DNA from: Lachnospiraceae bacterium
Lineage (GTDB): Bacteria; Bacillota; Clostridia; Lachnospirales; Lachnospiraceae
Direction: 5' to 3'
Assembly (NCBI GenBank): GCA_029338875.1
Contig: JAQYBF010000051.1
Span: forward strand, 15,292-79,291
Length of the DNA: 64,000 nt
The notes under the pieces are model-generated. The model had not been told where the DNA came from and searched no databases. It worked only from the letters and a program-made list of their open reading frames with translations. This document shows positions 19,599 to 29,218 of this stretch, piece by piece (the stretch's first letter is position 1; every line of letters starts with the position of its first letter). The translations under genes were made by a program, and so were the position numbers.

Positions 19599-21716
19599 AT
19601 GACAGAAGAGATGGAAGAACGTTTCAAACTGGTGACCGACCGGATCCGAGAGATCCGAAAGGCCTGTGATATTGAGGATGGTGAGCATTTTTCGGAAGGA
19701 GCCCTGGATTATTTCTTCGAGCTTTCCAATCTGGCCATCGGCATCCTTCCGGTTCTGAAGCGGACAGAGAAAAACGAGACGAAGAAGGCGGACCTGCCGG
19801 ATTTCGTTGATGAACAGAAGATGTTTTACGAGCGCTTTGAGCCGGCATATTATGAAGAGAATTTCCTGAATCCGGAATACAGCGTGAAGAGACTGGGTAA
19901 GAAGCTGGGCGGCATTCTTTCCGCCTTCTACATGGATTTCACAGCCATCATTCCCTGGAGCTATGAGGGCAGAAAGGAATGGATCACCTATTACTTCGAG
20001 CTTCTGGATGAAATCTATACCCATTTCGAAGACCAGGAGAATGCGAAGAATGCCGGAGATAAGTACACGGATACCGACCTCTTCAAGGCCATAAAGAGCT
20101 CTCTTCATTCCTTCTATCAGGACTATTCCGAGGAGTTTATCGCAGACGGAATCACCGGTCTCATCGATCCGGGCCGGACCTTCTTTACCGATATTCTGAT
20201 GAAGGCCGATCTGTCGGAGCCCCGCTATCTCTATTTCTACGGATCCAAGATCGGCTGGAACGAGATCCGTCTCTGGGAATATCTGAACAGTCTTTCCGAG
20301 GATGAGATCCATTCCATGGCAGAGACCTATGTCAAGGGCTATATCGATGGCTTTGCCATCACGGGCAGAGATATCTCAATCAAGAAGAGCGTCTCCATTG
20401 AATTCCCCATCGGTCTGGAGCGGGTCATGCGGGAAGCCGTCAATCTCTTTGATGAAGCCGGACTTTCCGTCACCCTGCAGCGGGATGGCCTTCTGTCCTG
20501 TCAGCGCAGGGGCGCCCGCCGGAATCTCTATAGCAATTCCATGAATGTGCAGGCCTATTACGACCATAAGGACGACAGGGGATATTATTATGACAAGGCC
20601 TATGTGGGACGAAAGCTCGAGGTCGTAAAGACCGTCTATGAGAAGAACCGGAAGCTGGCCCATGAATACGGCGGCCCGGCCGTGGTCGAGACCTTCGGCG
20701 AGGAAAAGTTCACGCCGGTCAACAAGGCAGCGGCAGATCCTTTCACAAAGGCTCAGAGAAAAGTCTACGAAGAGCTTTCCGTCTATGACATGTCCGAGCA
20801 GGGACAGATCACCAACAATTACATTCCGGGAGATGAACGGAGCTTTACCATCATTTCCTACCCGCTTCCTTCGATCGGAGAGAAGTTTAAGGAGATCTTC
20901 AAGGCGACTGTTTCGGTCAACACGCTGGATTCCGACCATTACCGGGACATGCAGCAGCATATGATCGACCTTCTGGATCAGGGCTATGCGGTTCACGTCA
21001 GCGGCCGGAACGGAAATCGGACCGATATCACCGTGGCTCTCCATCCTCTGACCGATCCGTCTAAGGAAACCATCTTTGAAAACTGCGCCGCCGATGTCAA
21101 TATCCCGGTCGGAGAGGTCTTCACCTCTCCTCAGCTGGAGGGCACGAACGGGATATTAAATGTAGGCCATGTCTATCTGGAGGGTTATTCCTTTCGGAAT
21201 CTGACCCTGAAATTCAAAGACGGCATGGTGGCCGAAGCCTCCTGCGACAACTTCGATTCTGAGGACGAAAACAAAGCCCTGATCGATGACCATATTCTCT
21301 TTCATCACAAGACCCTGCCTCTGGGCGAGTTTGCCATCGGAACCAATACGACGGCCTATCGGATGGGAAGGAAATTCGAAATCGAGGAAGCCCTTTCGAT
21401 CCTGATCGCTGAAAAGACCGGTCCGCATTTCGCCGTCGGCGATACCTGCTACTCCCATGCCGAGGATGTGCCCATGCACAATCCGGACGGAAAAGAGGTT
21501 GTTGCAAGGGACAATTCCATTGTCCGAGAGTTCAAGGATTCGGATCCTTCCAAGGCTTATTTCAACTGCCATACGGACATTACCATTCCCTATGACGAGC
21601 TGGGAGCCATCACGGTTTTGAAAAAAGACGGGACCAGCACCGATATCATCCGGGACGGCCGCTTTGTCGTGCCGGGAACCGAGGAGCTGAATAAGCCGCT
21701 GGAGGACCTGGAGTAA
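19599..21716 (+). CDS. Aminopeptidase, peptidase M29 family, with a long N-terminal region
   Basis: C-terminal NIPVGEVFTSP, LGEFAIG, EK..PHFAVG and HTD metal-ligand motifs. Confidence 0.8.
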   Translation: MTEEMEERFKLVTDRIREIRKACDIEDGEHFSEGALDYFFELSNLAIGILPVLKRTEKNETKKADLPDFVDEQKMFYERFEPAYYEENFLNPEYSVKRLGKKLGGILSAFYMDFTAIIPWSYEGRKEWITYYFELLDEIYTHFEDQENAKNAGDKYTDTDLFKAIKSSLHSFYQDYSEEFIADGITGLIDPGRTFFTDILMKADLSEPRYLYFYGSKIGWNEIRLWEYLNSLSEDEIHSMAETYVKGYIDGFAITGRDISIKKSVSIEFPIGLERVMREAVNLFDEAGLSVTLQRDGLLSCQRRGARRNLYSNSMNVQAYYDHKDDRGYYYDKAYVGRKLEVVKTVYEKNRKLAHEYGGPAVVETFGEEKFTPVNKAAADPFTKAQRKVYEELSVYDMSEQGQITNNYIPGDERSFTIISYPLPSIGEKFKEIFKATVSVNTLDSDHYRDMQQHMIDLLDQGYAVHVSGRNGNRTDITVALHPLTDPSKETIFENCAADVNIPVGEVFTSPQLEGTNGILNVGHVYLEGYSFRNLTLKFKDGMVAEASCDNFDSEDENKALIDDHILFHHKTLPLGEFAIGTNTTAYRMGRKFEIEEALSILIAEKTGPHFAVGDTCYSHAEDVPMHNPDGKEVVARDNSIVREFKDSDPSKAYFNCHTDITIPYDELGAITVLKKDGTSTDIIRDGRFVVPGTEELNKPLEDLE

Positions 21717-21956
21717 GATTTCGAATATCCGGAAAATATGTGAGTCCGGGAAAACCGGTGGCCATATGAAATAATACCGGAAAATGAAGCCGATCCGGGT
21801 TGAAAACCGGAAGGTTTCTCCCCGGAATTATGATAGAATTTACCCTAGGTTCCCACAGTAGATACAGGCAGCAGTGCTGCAGGCAGTTACAGACTGCAGA
21901 TCATTATAAATTACAGATTTTCATAAACTGTAGATCATGAAAAAGGAGCGTGTACC

Positions 21957-22475
21957 ATGGCTGAGAAGAAACAGGTTGGCATTATTATGGGTTCGGATTC
22001 GGATCTGGCTGTCATGAGCCAGGCCATGAAGATTCTGGATGAATTCGGCATCACCTATGACGTAGACATTATTTCCGCTCACAGAGAGCCGGCAGAACTC
22101 TATGCCTGGGGTAAGGAAGCCGAGGAAAAGGGCTATAAGGTCATCATCGCAGGCGCCGGCAAGGCAGCTGCTCTTCCCGGCATGTGCGCAGCCCTGGTTC
22201 CGGTTCCGGTCATCGGTATCCCCATGAAGACATCGGATCTGGGCGGCGAAGATTCCCTCTTCTCCATCGTTCAGATGCCGAGCGGCATCCCGGTTGCAAC
22301 CGTAGCCATTAACGGAGCCAAGAATGCTGCCATTCTGGCAGCAAAGATTCTGGCTGTCGGCGATGATGCCATCCTTCAGAAGGTCAAGGACTACGGCGAG
22401 AAATTAAAGGAAGAAGTCAAGGGCAAGAACGAGAAGCTTCACGAGATCGGCTGGAAGGCTTATCTCGAGCAGTGA
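21957..22475 (+). CDS. purE: N5-carboxyaminoimidazole ribonucleotide mutase
   Basis: Motifs IMGSDSD, SAHR, IIAGAG and SIVQMPSGIPVATV. Confidence 0.97.
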   Translation: MAEKKQVGIIMGSDSDLAVMSQAMKILDEFGITYDVDIISAHREPAELYAWGKEAEEKGYKVIIAGAGKAAALPGMCAALVPVPVIGIPMKTSDLGGEDSLFSIVQMPSGIPVATVAINGAKNAAILAAKILAVGDDAILQKVKDYGEKLKEEVKGKNEKLHEIGWKAYLEQ

Positions 22476-22529
22476 GGAATCAATATACAGGTCATCTGTC
22501 AATAATCTGAAATAAGCAGGAGGAAAGAA

Positions 22530-23555
22530 ATGGATTACAAGAGTTCCGGTGTGGATATCGAAGCAGGCTACCGTTCGGTGGAACTGATGAAGCAGTATGT
22601 CAAGGGGACCATGCGTCCTGAGGTTCTGGGCGGCCTGGGCGGCTTCTCCGGCGCCTTCTCTCTGGCAAAAATCAAGGAAATGGAAGATCCGGTTCTTCTT
22701 TCCGGCACCGACGGTGTCGGAACCAAGATCAAGCTGGCTTTCCTTCTGGACCGTCATGATACCATCGGTATCGATGCGGTTGCCATGTGTGTCAATGACG
22801 TGGCCTGTGCCGGCGGCGAGCCTCTTTTCTTCCTGGATTACATTGCCTGCGGCAAGAACTATCCGGAGAAGATCGCAAGCATCGTAAAGGGCGTGGCAGA
22901 GGGCTGCAAGCAGTCCGACTGTGCTCTGATCGGCGGCGAGACCGCCGAGCATCCGGGTCTGATGCCGGAGGATGAGTATGATGTAGCAGGTTTCTCGGTC
23001 GGCGTTGTAGACCGGAAGGACATTATCGACGGACATGAGATAGCAGACGGCGATCTTCTGATCGGCATGGCATCGACCGGCGTTCATTCCAACGGCTTCT
23101 CCCTGGTCCGGAAGATTTTCCCCATGACCCGGGAATCCCTGGAGACCTATTATGATGAATTGGGTGAGACCTTAGGCGAGACCCTTCTTCGTCCGACCCG
23201 GATTTATGTCCATGCTCTGAAGGCTCTGAAGGCAGCCGGCGTCCGCGTCAGAGGCTGCAGCCATATCACAGGCGGCGGCTTCTATGAGAATGTACCGAGA
23301 ATGCTTCCCGACGGCAAGCAGGCTGTCATTAAGAAGGATTCCTACAAGGTTCCTCCGATCTTCCGTCTCATGGCGGTAAAGGGCCAGGTCGATGAAAAGA
23401 TGATGTACAACACTTATAACATGGGAATCGGCATGGTTCTTGCCATCCGTCCCGAGGACAAGGATACGGCCTTCGCAGCCATTCAGGCTGCCGGCGATAC
23501 CCCTTATCTGATCGGCCATATTGAAAACGGAGAAAAGGGAGTGACCTTATGCTGA
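22530..23555 (+). CDS. purM: Phosphoribosylformylglycinamidine cyclo-ligase
   Basis: Motifs YKSSGVDI, TDGVGTK, GGETAEHPG, HSNGFSL, HITGGG and NMGIG. Confidence 0.98.
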   Translation: MDYKSSGVDIEAGYRSVELMKQYVKGTMRPEVLGGLGGFSGAFSLAKIKEMEDPVLLSGTDGVGTKIKLAFLLDRHDTIGIDAVAMCVNDVACAGGEPLFFLDYIACGKNYPEKIASIVKGVAEGCKQSDCALIGGETAEHPGLMPEDEYDVAGFSVGVVDRKDIIDGHEIADGDLLIGMASTGVHSNGFSLVRKIFPMTRESLETYYDELGETLGETLLRPTRIYVHALKALKAAGVRVRGCSHITGGGFYENVPRMLPDGKQAVIKKDSYKVPPIFRLMAVKGQVDEKMMYNTYNMGIGMVLAIRPEDKDTAFAAIQAAGDTPYLIGHIENGEKGVTLC

Positions 23556-24187
23556 ATGTAACAGTACTGGTTTCCGGCGGGGGCACCAATCTCCAGGCCA
23601 TCATGGATGCCATCGATGACGGAAGAATCAAGAATGCAAGGGTCACCCATGTGATTTCCAACAATCCAAATGCCTATGCCCTGGAAAGAGCAAAGAAGCA
23701 CGGGGATATCGAGGCAGAGGTCCTGTCCCCCAAGAGCTTTGCTTCTCGGGCGGATTTTAACGAAGCCTTTTACAAGAGACTGGTGGAGATCCAGCCGGAT
23801 CTGATCGTTCTGGCAGGCTTCCTGGTCGTCATCCCCGAGGCTGTGGTCCGTGCCTTCCCGCACAGGATCATCAATATTCATCCGTCTCTGATTCCTTCCT
23901 TCTGCGGCAAGGGCTATTTCGGACTTCATGTTCATGAGAAGGCTCTGGCCCGCGGCGTCAAGGTGACCGGTGCCACGGTTCATTTCGTCGATGAGGGAAC
24001 CGATACCGGTCCCATCATTCTGCAGAAGGCGGTCTATATTGAAGAAGGAGACACGCCGGAAGTCCTGCAGAAGAGAGTCATGGAGCAGGCGGAATGGAAG
24101 ATCCTGCCTGAGGCCATCAACCTGATCGCTGCCGGCCGTGTATCGGTCGGAGAGGACCGGATCGTCCATATTTCGAAAGAAAACTAA
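23549..24187 (+). CDS. purN: Phosphoribosylglycinamide formyltransferase
   Basis: Motifs SGGGTNLQA, LAGF, NIHPSL and GATVHFVDEGTDTGPII. Confidence 0.97.
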   Translation: MLNVTVLVSGGGTNLQAIMDAIDDGRIKNARVTHVISNNPNAYALERAKKHGDIEAEVLSPKSFASRADFNEAFYKRLVEIQPDLIVLAGFLVVIPEAVVRAFPHRIINIHPSLIPSFCGKGYFGLHVHEKALARGVKVTGATVHFVDEGTDTGPIILQKAVYIEEGDTPEVLQKRVMEQAEWKILPEAINLIAAGRVSVGEDRIVHISKEN

Positions 24188-24200
24188 GGAGGAAGAAGTC

Positions 24201-25472
24201 ATGAAAGTATTACTTGTTGGCGGCGGCGGAAGAGAGCATGCCATTCTTCATGCCATTCACAGAAGTCCCAGGGTGGACAAGATCTATGTGGCACCCGGAA
24301 ACGCAGGCATGGCAGACATGGCCGAGCTGGTCCCGATCGGTGTCATGGAGTTCGACAAGCTGATCGCTTTTGCCAAAGAGAAAGAGATCGACCTGACCGT
24401 CTGCTCCCAGGACGATCCTCTCTGCGCAGGCATCGTCGATGCCTTTGAGGCAGCAGGCCTGAAGATTTTCGGAACCCGGAAGAATGCGGCCATTATCGAA
24501 GGAAGCAAGGCCTTCTCCAAGGGACTGATGAAAAAGTACGGCATTCCGACTGCAAAATATGAAGTCTTTACCGACCCCAAGGAAGCGGATGCCTATCTGG
24601 AAACCCAGAAGATGCCAATCGTCTTAAAGGCTGACGGCCTGGCTCTGGGCAAGGGCGTTCTGATCTGCCAGACTCTGGAAGAGGCCAAGGCAGGCGTCAA
24701 GACCATTATGGAAGACAAGAAGTTCGGCAATGCCGGAAATGAACTTGTCATTGAAGAATTCATGACCGGACGTGAGGTTTCCGCTCTGGCCTTCGTGGAC
24801 GGCACCCATTATGCTCTGATGACCTCCTCTCAGGATCATAAGAGAGCCGGAGACGGCGATACAGGCTTAAATACCGGCGGCATGGGAACCTTCTCTCCCA
24901 GCCCTTTCTTTACGGAAGAGATCCGGAAGACCTGTGATAAGGAGATTTTCCAGCCGACCGTTGATGCCATGAAAAAGGAAGGCCGGGAATTCCGCGGCGT
25001 CCTCTATTTCGGACTAATGCTGACCGAGGACGGACCCAAGGTTGTGGAATATAACACCAGATTCGGCGATCCCGAGACCCAGGTCGTTCTGCCTCGCATG
25101 AAGACCGATATTATCGATGTCTTTCTGGCCTGCATGAACGGCACCCTGGATCAGATTCACCTGGAATTTGCCGACAATGCGGCTGTCTGCGTGGTACTGG
25201 CTTCCCAGGGCTACCCGGTTTCCTATGAGAAGGGATTCCCGATCACAGGACTCGACAAGTTCGACAACAAGAATTATTTCTGCTTCCATGCCGGAACCAA
25301 ATTCGACGACCAGGGCCGGATCGTGACCAACGGCGGCCGTGTTCTCGGTGTCACTGCCCTCGGAAAGGATCTGAAAGAAGCCAGAGCCAATGCCTACAAG
25401 GCAACGGAATGGGTTGACTTCGAGAATAAATATATGCGTCATGACATCGGAAAGGCCATTGACGAGGCCTGA
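24201..25472 (+). CDS. purD: Phosphoribosylamine-glycine ligase
   Basis: Motifs GGGGREHA, KADGLALGKGV, QDHKR, NTGGMG and EYNTRFGDPE; ATG 24201 follows AAGGAGG. Confidence 0.98.
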   Translation: MKVLLVGGGGREHAILHAIHRSPRVDKIYVAPGNAGMADMAELVPIGVMEFDKLIAFAKEKEIDLTVCSQDDPLCAGIVDAFEAAGLKIFGTRKNAAIIEGSKAFSKGLMKKYGIPTAKYEVFTDPKEADAYLETQKMPIVLKADGLALGKGVLICQTLEEAKAGVKTIMEDKKFGNAGNELVIEEFMTGREVSALAFVDGTHYALMTSSQDHKRAGDGDTGLNTGGMGTFSPSPFFTEEIRKTCDKEIFQPTVDAMKKEGREFRGVLYFGLMLTEDGPKVVEYNTRFGDPETQVVLPRMKTDIIDVFLACMNGTLDQIHLEFADNAAVCVVLASQGYPVSYEKGFPITGLDKFDNKNYFCFHAGTKFDDQGRIVTNGGRVLGVTALGKDLKEARANAYKATEWVDFENKYMRHDIGKAIDEA

Positions 25473-25571
25473 GGCAGTCGGAGCGACCGGATGGAAATAT
25501 AAGACAATCCGAATGAAAACAGGGCGGTGATCTCACTGCCCTGTTTTGCTGCGCGGAGAATTCCCGGGGAG

Positions 25572-25643
25572 GAAGAAATCATGGTCTTGGAACATGACAT
25601 TGTATTGGGACAGAACATGATCTTGGAACGGGACAGAATCTTG
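25572..25643 (+). repeat. Four degenerate 18-bp tandem units
   Basis: GAAGAAATCATGGTCTTG / GAACATGACATTGTATTG / GGACAGAACATGATCTTG / GAACGGGACAGAATCTTG. Confidence 0.55.
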
Positions 25644-25739
25644 GTAGAGGCGGAGATGGAAGCCACAAGATCTCGTCTGCAACTTGCACAATGGCATGGA
25701 GGAGAGGAAAAAGAAGGATTGGCCTATATTTCTGCAAAA

Positions 25740-25994
25740 TACAAAATATGGTAAAATTACACAATTGAACCACAATATATAGCCATTTAATCAAAGTTTT
25801 ATATCGTATAGAAGATTCATGAAAAAGTTCGACAACTCTGTGAACCCCCATATCTTGGGGATCTTTGGGCCGGCCGTACCATGATTTTGTAAATTCGGCA
25901 ATTTGTGTCCTTGTATTTCGCTTCCTCTTGAACTATATTATCAGTTGTCACAAGATATAGTGCAAAACGATAATAGAACAATCTATATTTAGTT
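25740..25994. promoter_or_regulatory. NrdR boxes and promoter upstream of nrdD
   Basis: CACAAGATATAGTG (25949) and ATCTATATTTAGTT (25981) lie 32 bp apart, just downstream of TTGTAT-17-TATATT (25911-25939). Further box-like sites occur at 25740, 25771 and 25846. Confidence 0.7.
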
Positions 25995-26093
25995 GTTCCC
26001 CTTGCCTGTTGTCAGATAATTCACAGTGATACAGACAAGGAAAGAGAAAAAGGCATTACGATAATAAAGAGGAAGACGGAGGAAAAAAAGGAA

Positions 26094-28415
26094 ATGGCAG
26101 AAGAACTGACCAATGCGGATGTAAAAACCCGGGTGATCAAGCGGAACGGAAATGAAGTTGATTTCGATATCAATAAGATCATCAATGCGATCAAGAAGGC
26201 GAACAATGAGATCGACGGCATTCATCAGATGAATGAATACCAGATCGTTGCGGTTGCCCAGAATATTGCGAAGAGGGTTGCTGCTTCTCCTCATGCGGTC
26301 AATGTTGAGGATATCCAGGACATGGTCGAGACCGGCATCATGGAGATGCGCTGTTATGAGGTCGCTCAGAAGTATGTCCGCTATCGTTATAAGAGAGAGC
26401 TTTCCCGGAAGTCCAATACCACCGATGACGGCATCCTTTCTCTGATCGATCAGGCCAACGAGGAGGTCAAGCAGGAGAATTCCAACAAGAACCCTGTCAT
26501 CAACTCCACCCAGCGTGATTATATGGCCGGCGAGGTCAGCAAGGATCTGACCAACCGTGTCCTTTTGCCTGAGGATATCGTAAGGGCCCATAAGGAAGGC
26601 ATCATTCATTTCCACGATGCCGATTATTTCGCTCAGAGAGAGCATAACTGCGACCTGATCAACCTTCAGGATATGCTTCAGAACGGAACCGTCATCTCGG
26701 AGACCATGATCGAGAAGCCCAAGAGCTTCTATACCGCCTGCAATATCACGACGCAGATCGTCGCCCAGGTTGCCAGCAACCAGTACGGCGGCCAGTCCTT
26801 CTCTCTGGCTCATCTGGCTCCTTTTGTCGATGTCAGCCGGCAGAAGCTGAGAAAGCAGGTCATTGAAGAGCGGAAGGAGATCGGTGATGATCTGGATGAA
26901 GAGAAGATCATGAAGATCGTCGATCACAGACTTCAGTCCGAGATCGAGTCCGGCATTCAGACCATCCAGTACCAGCTGGTGACTCTGATGACCACCAACG
27001 GACAGACTCCTTTCGTTACCATGTTCATCTATCTGGACGAGGTTCCCGAAGGACAGACCAGAGATGACCTGGCCCGTCTGGCAAAGGAAGTCTTCCGTCA
27101 GAGAATCCAGGGCATCAAGAATGAGAAGGGCGTCTGGATCACGCCGGCTTTCCCCAAGATCATCTATACACTGGATGAAGACAATATCGAAGAGGGCAGC
27201 AAGTACTATGAACTGACAAAGCTCGCTGCAAAATGCACGGCAAAGCGCATGGTTCCGGACTATATTTCCGCAAAGATCATGAAACAGCTCAAGGGCGATG
27301 TCTATACCTGCATGGGCTGCCGTTCCTTCCTGACACCGGATAACGAAGACCAGCCCGAGGGTCTCTGCAACAAGGGAAACAAGGCTAACGCCAAGGATTA
27401 CAAGGAAGGCCGGCACAAGTATTACGGCCGTTTCAATCAGGGCGTTGTCACCATCAACCTGGTTGACGTCGCATGCTCCGCGGTCAAGGAAGCCAAGGAG
27501 AAGGGTACCGACCGTTTCGATGATTTCTGGAGAATCCTTGATGAGCGTCTGGAGCTCTGCCACAAGGCTCTCCGCTGCCGTCACGAGCGTCTGCTCGGTA
27601 CCGTATCGGATGTCGCTCCCATTCTCTGGCAGCACGGCGCTCTGGCCCGTCTGAACAAGGGTGAGAAGATTGACAAGCTTCTCTTCGGCAACTATTCGAC
27701 CATCAGCCTGGGCTATGCCGGTCTCTATGAGATGACCATGGAAATGACCGGAAAGAGCCATACCGATCCGGAAGCCAAGCCTTTTGCCCTCCAGGTTATG
27801 CAGCATCTGAATGACAAGTGCTCCGAATGGAGAAAGGCGGAGAACATCAGCTATTCTCTCTACGGAACTCCCATGGAGTCCACGACCTACAAGTTCGCCA
27901 AGTGCCTGCAGAAGCGGTTCGGCATCATTCCTCATGTCACCGATAAGAACTACATCACCAATTCCTATCATGTACATGTTACCGAGAATATCGATGCCTT
28001 TCACAAGCTGAAGTTCGAATCCGAATTCCAGAAGCTGTCTCCGGGAGGAGCCATCAGCTATGTCGAGGTTCCCAACATGCAGAGCAATATCCCTGCCGTT
28101 TTGTCCATCATGAAGTACATCTATAACAACATCATGTATGCAGAGCTGAATACCAAGTCGGACTACTGCGAGGTCTGCGGCTATGACGGTGAGATTAAGA
28201 TTGTAAAGGACGACAGCGGAAAGCTTGTCTGGGAGTGCCCGAACTGCGGAAACCGTGACCAGAGTAAGATGTCGGTAGCCCGGAGAACCTGCGGCTATAT
28301 CGGAACCCAGTTCTGGAACCAGGGCCGTACCCAGGAGATCAAGGATCGTGTCCTTCATGTGGCAAATCCGGAATTCTCCGATGTGGACATGAATGTCAAC
28401 GCTTCTGTAAAATAA
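26094..28415 (+). CDS. nrdD: Anaerobic (class III) ribonucleoside-triphosphate reductase
   Basis: N-terminal ATP cone (VIKRNG), HFHD, MGCRS, GRFNQGV, CxxC..CxxC and glycyl loop RRTCGYIG. Confidence 0.97.
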   Translation: MAEELTNADVKTRVIKRNGNEVDFDINKIINAIKKANNEIDGIHQMNEYQIVAVAQNIAKRVAASPHAVNVEDIQDMVETGIMEMRCYEVAQKYVRYRYKRELSRKSNTTDDGILSLIDQANEEVKQENSNKNPVINSTQRDYMAGEVSKDLTNRVLLPEDIVRAHKEGIIHFHDADYFAQREHNCDLINLQDMLQNGTVISETMIEKPKSFYTACNITTQIVAQVASNQYGGQSFSLAHLAPFVDVSRQKLRKQVIEERKEIGDDLDEEKIMKIVDHRLQSEIESGIQTIQYQLVTLMTTNGQTPFVTMFIYLDEVPEGQTRDDLARLAKEVFRQRIQGIKNEKGVWITPAFPKIIYTLDEDNIEEGSKYYELTKLAAKCTAKRMVPDYISAKIMKQLKGDVYTCMGCRSFLTPDNEDQPEGLCNKGNKANAKDYKEGRHKYYGRFNQGVVTINLVDVACSAVKEAKEKGTDRFDDFWRILDERLELCHKALRCRHERLLGTVSDVAPILWQHGALARLNKGEKIDKLLFGNYSTISLGYAGLYEMTMEMTGKSHTDPEAKPFALQVMQHLNDKCSEWRKAENISYSLYGTPMESTTYKFAKCLQKRFGIIPHVTDKNYITNSYHVHVTENIDAFHKLKFESEFQKLSPGGAISYVEVPNMQSNIPAVLSIMKYIYNNIMYAELNTKSDYCEVCGYDGEIKIVKDDSGKLVWECPNCGNRDQSKMSVARRTCGYIGTQFWNQGRTQEIKDRVLHVANPEFSDVDMNVNASVK

Positions 28416-28500
28416 GATGAAGCGCCGGATCGTGCGATTGATCCTGCCAAATGAATAAGCATGGTGAGCGGTGCGCCTGATGCGCCCGGGAATGTGCAAT

Positions 28501-28535
28501 AAACCTGGCTTTCCGAAAGGAAGGCCAGGTTTTTC
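28501..28535 (+). terminator. Rho-independent terminator after nrdD
   Basis: AAACCTGGCTTTCC-GAAA-GGAAGGCCAGGTTTTT. Confidence 0.8.
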
Positions 28536-28672
28536 TGTCCGGCCGCTTGTGCTATGATATAGAAGTTTAAGGAAAGACAGACCAGCCGGGAAAAAGCTGG
28601 TTTATAAGGACTCCGGGCGGCCGGCAGGCAGTCCGGAGAACAGAAAGTAAAAATGGAAAGAAGAGTAAGCAT

Positions 28673-29218
28673 ATGAATTTCGGTCAGATCTATTATGCAG
28701 ATATCGCTAACGGTCCGGGAGCCCGGACCTCCTTTTTCGTATCCGGCTGCCGTCACCACTGCAAGGGCTGCTTCAATGCGGAAACCTGGGACTTTTCCTT
28801 CGGCCATCCCTATACACAGGAAACTGAGGATGAACTTGTGGAATCGGTGAAGCCGGAATATATCGACGGCATTACCATCTTAGGCGGCGAGCCCATGGAG
28901 CCCGAAAACCAGCCGGCCATCCGAAAGCTTGTGGAACGGATCCGGCGTGAGGTGCCGGACTCGAAGACCTGGATCTATTCCGGCTATACCTGGGAAGAGC
29001 TGCATGATGAAAAAAGTGTCTGTCGGACAGAGGATACGGATGCCATTCTCTCGGCTATCGATGTCCTGGTAGACGGAGAATTCCATGAAAGCGAAAAGGA
29101 TATCACTCTGAATTTCCGCGGCTCGGCCAATCAGCGGATTATCCGAGTTCCGGAAAGTCTGAAGACCGGGAAAATCGTTCTTTCGGAATACAACAATGAG
29201 GGAGGCCTGAAAAAATGA
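28673..29218 (+). CDS. nrdG: Anaerobic ribonucleotide reductase activating protein
   Basis: NGPGAR, radical SAM motif CRHHCKGC, LGGEP and FRGSANQR. Confidence 0.96.
   Translation: MNFGQIYYADIANGPGARTSFFVSGCRHHCKGCFNAETWDFSFGHPYTQETEDELVESVKPEYIDGITILGGEPMEPENQPAIRKLVERIRREVPDSKTWIYSGYTWEELHDEKSVCRTEDTDAILSAIDVLVDGEFHESEKDITLNFRGSANQRIIRVPESLKTGKIVLSEYNNEGGLKK

Noticed and set aside
21840-21900. CTAGGTTCC resembling a ykkC/PRPP riboswitch upstream of purE
   Set aside because: Only a partial match; no supporting stems or expression-platform terminator.
25989-28499. 836-aa minus-strand ORF antisense to nrdD
   Set aside because: Mirrors nrdD codon for codon; no recognisable domain or RBS.
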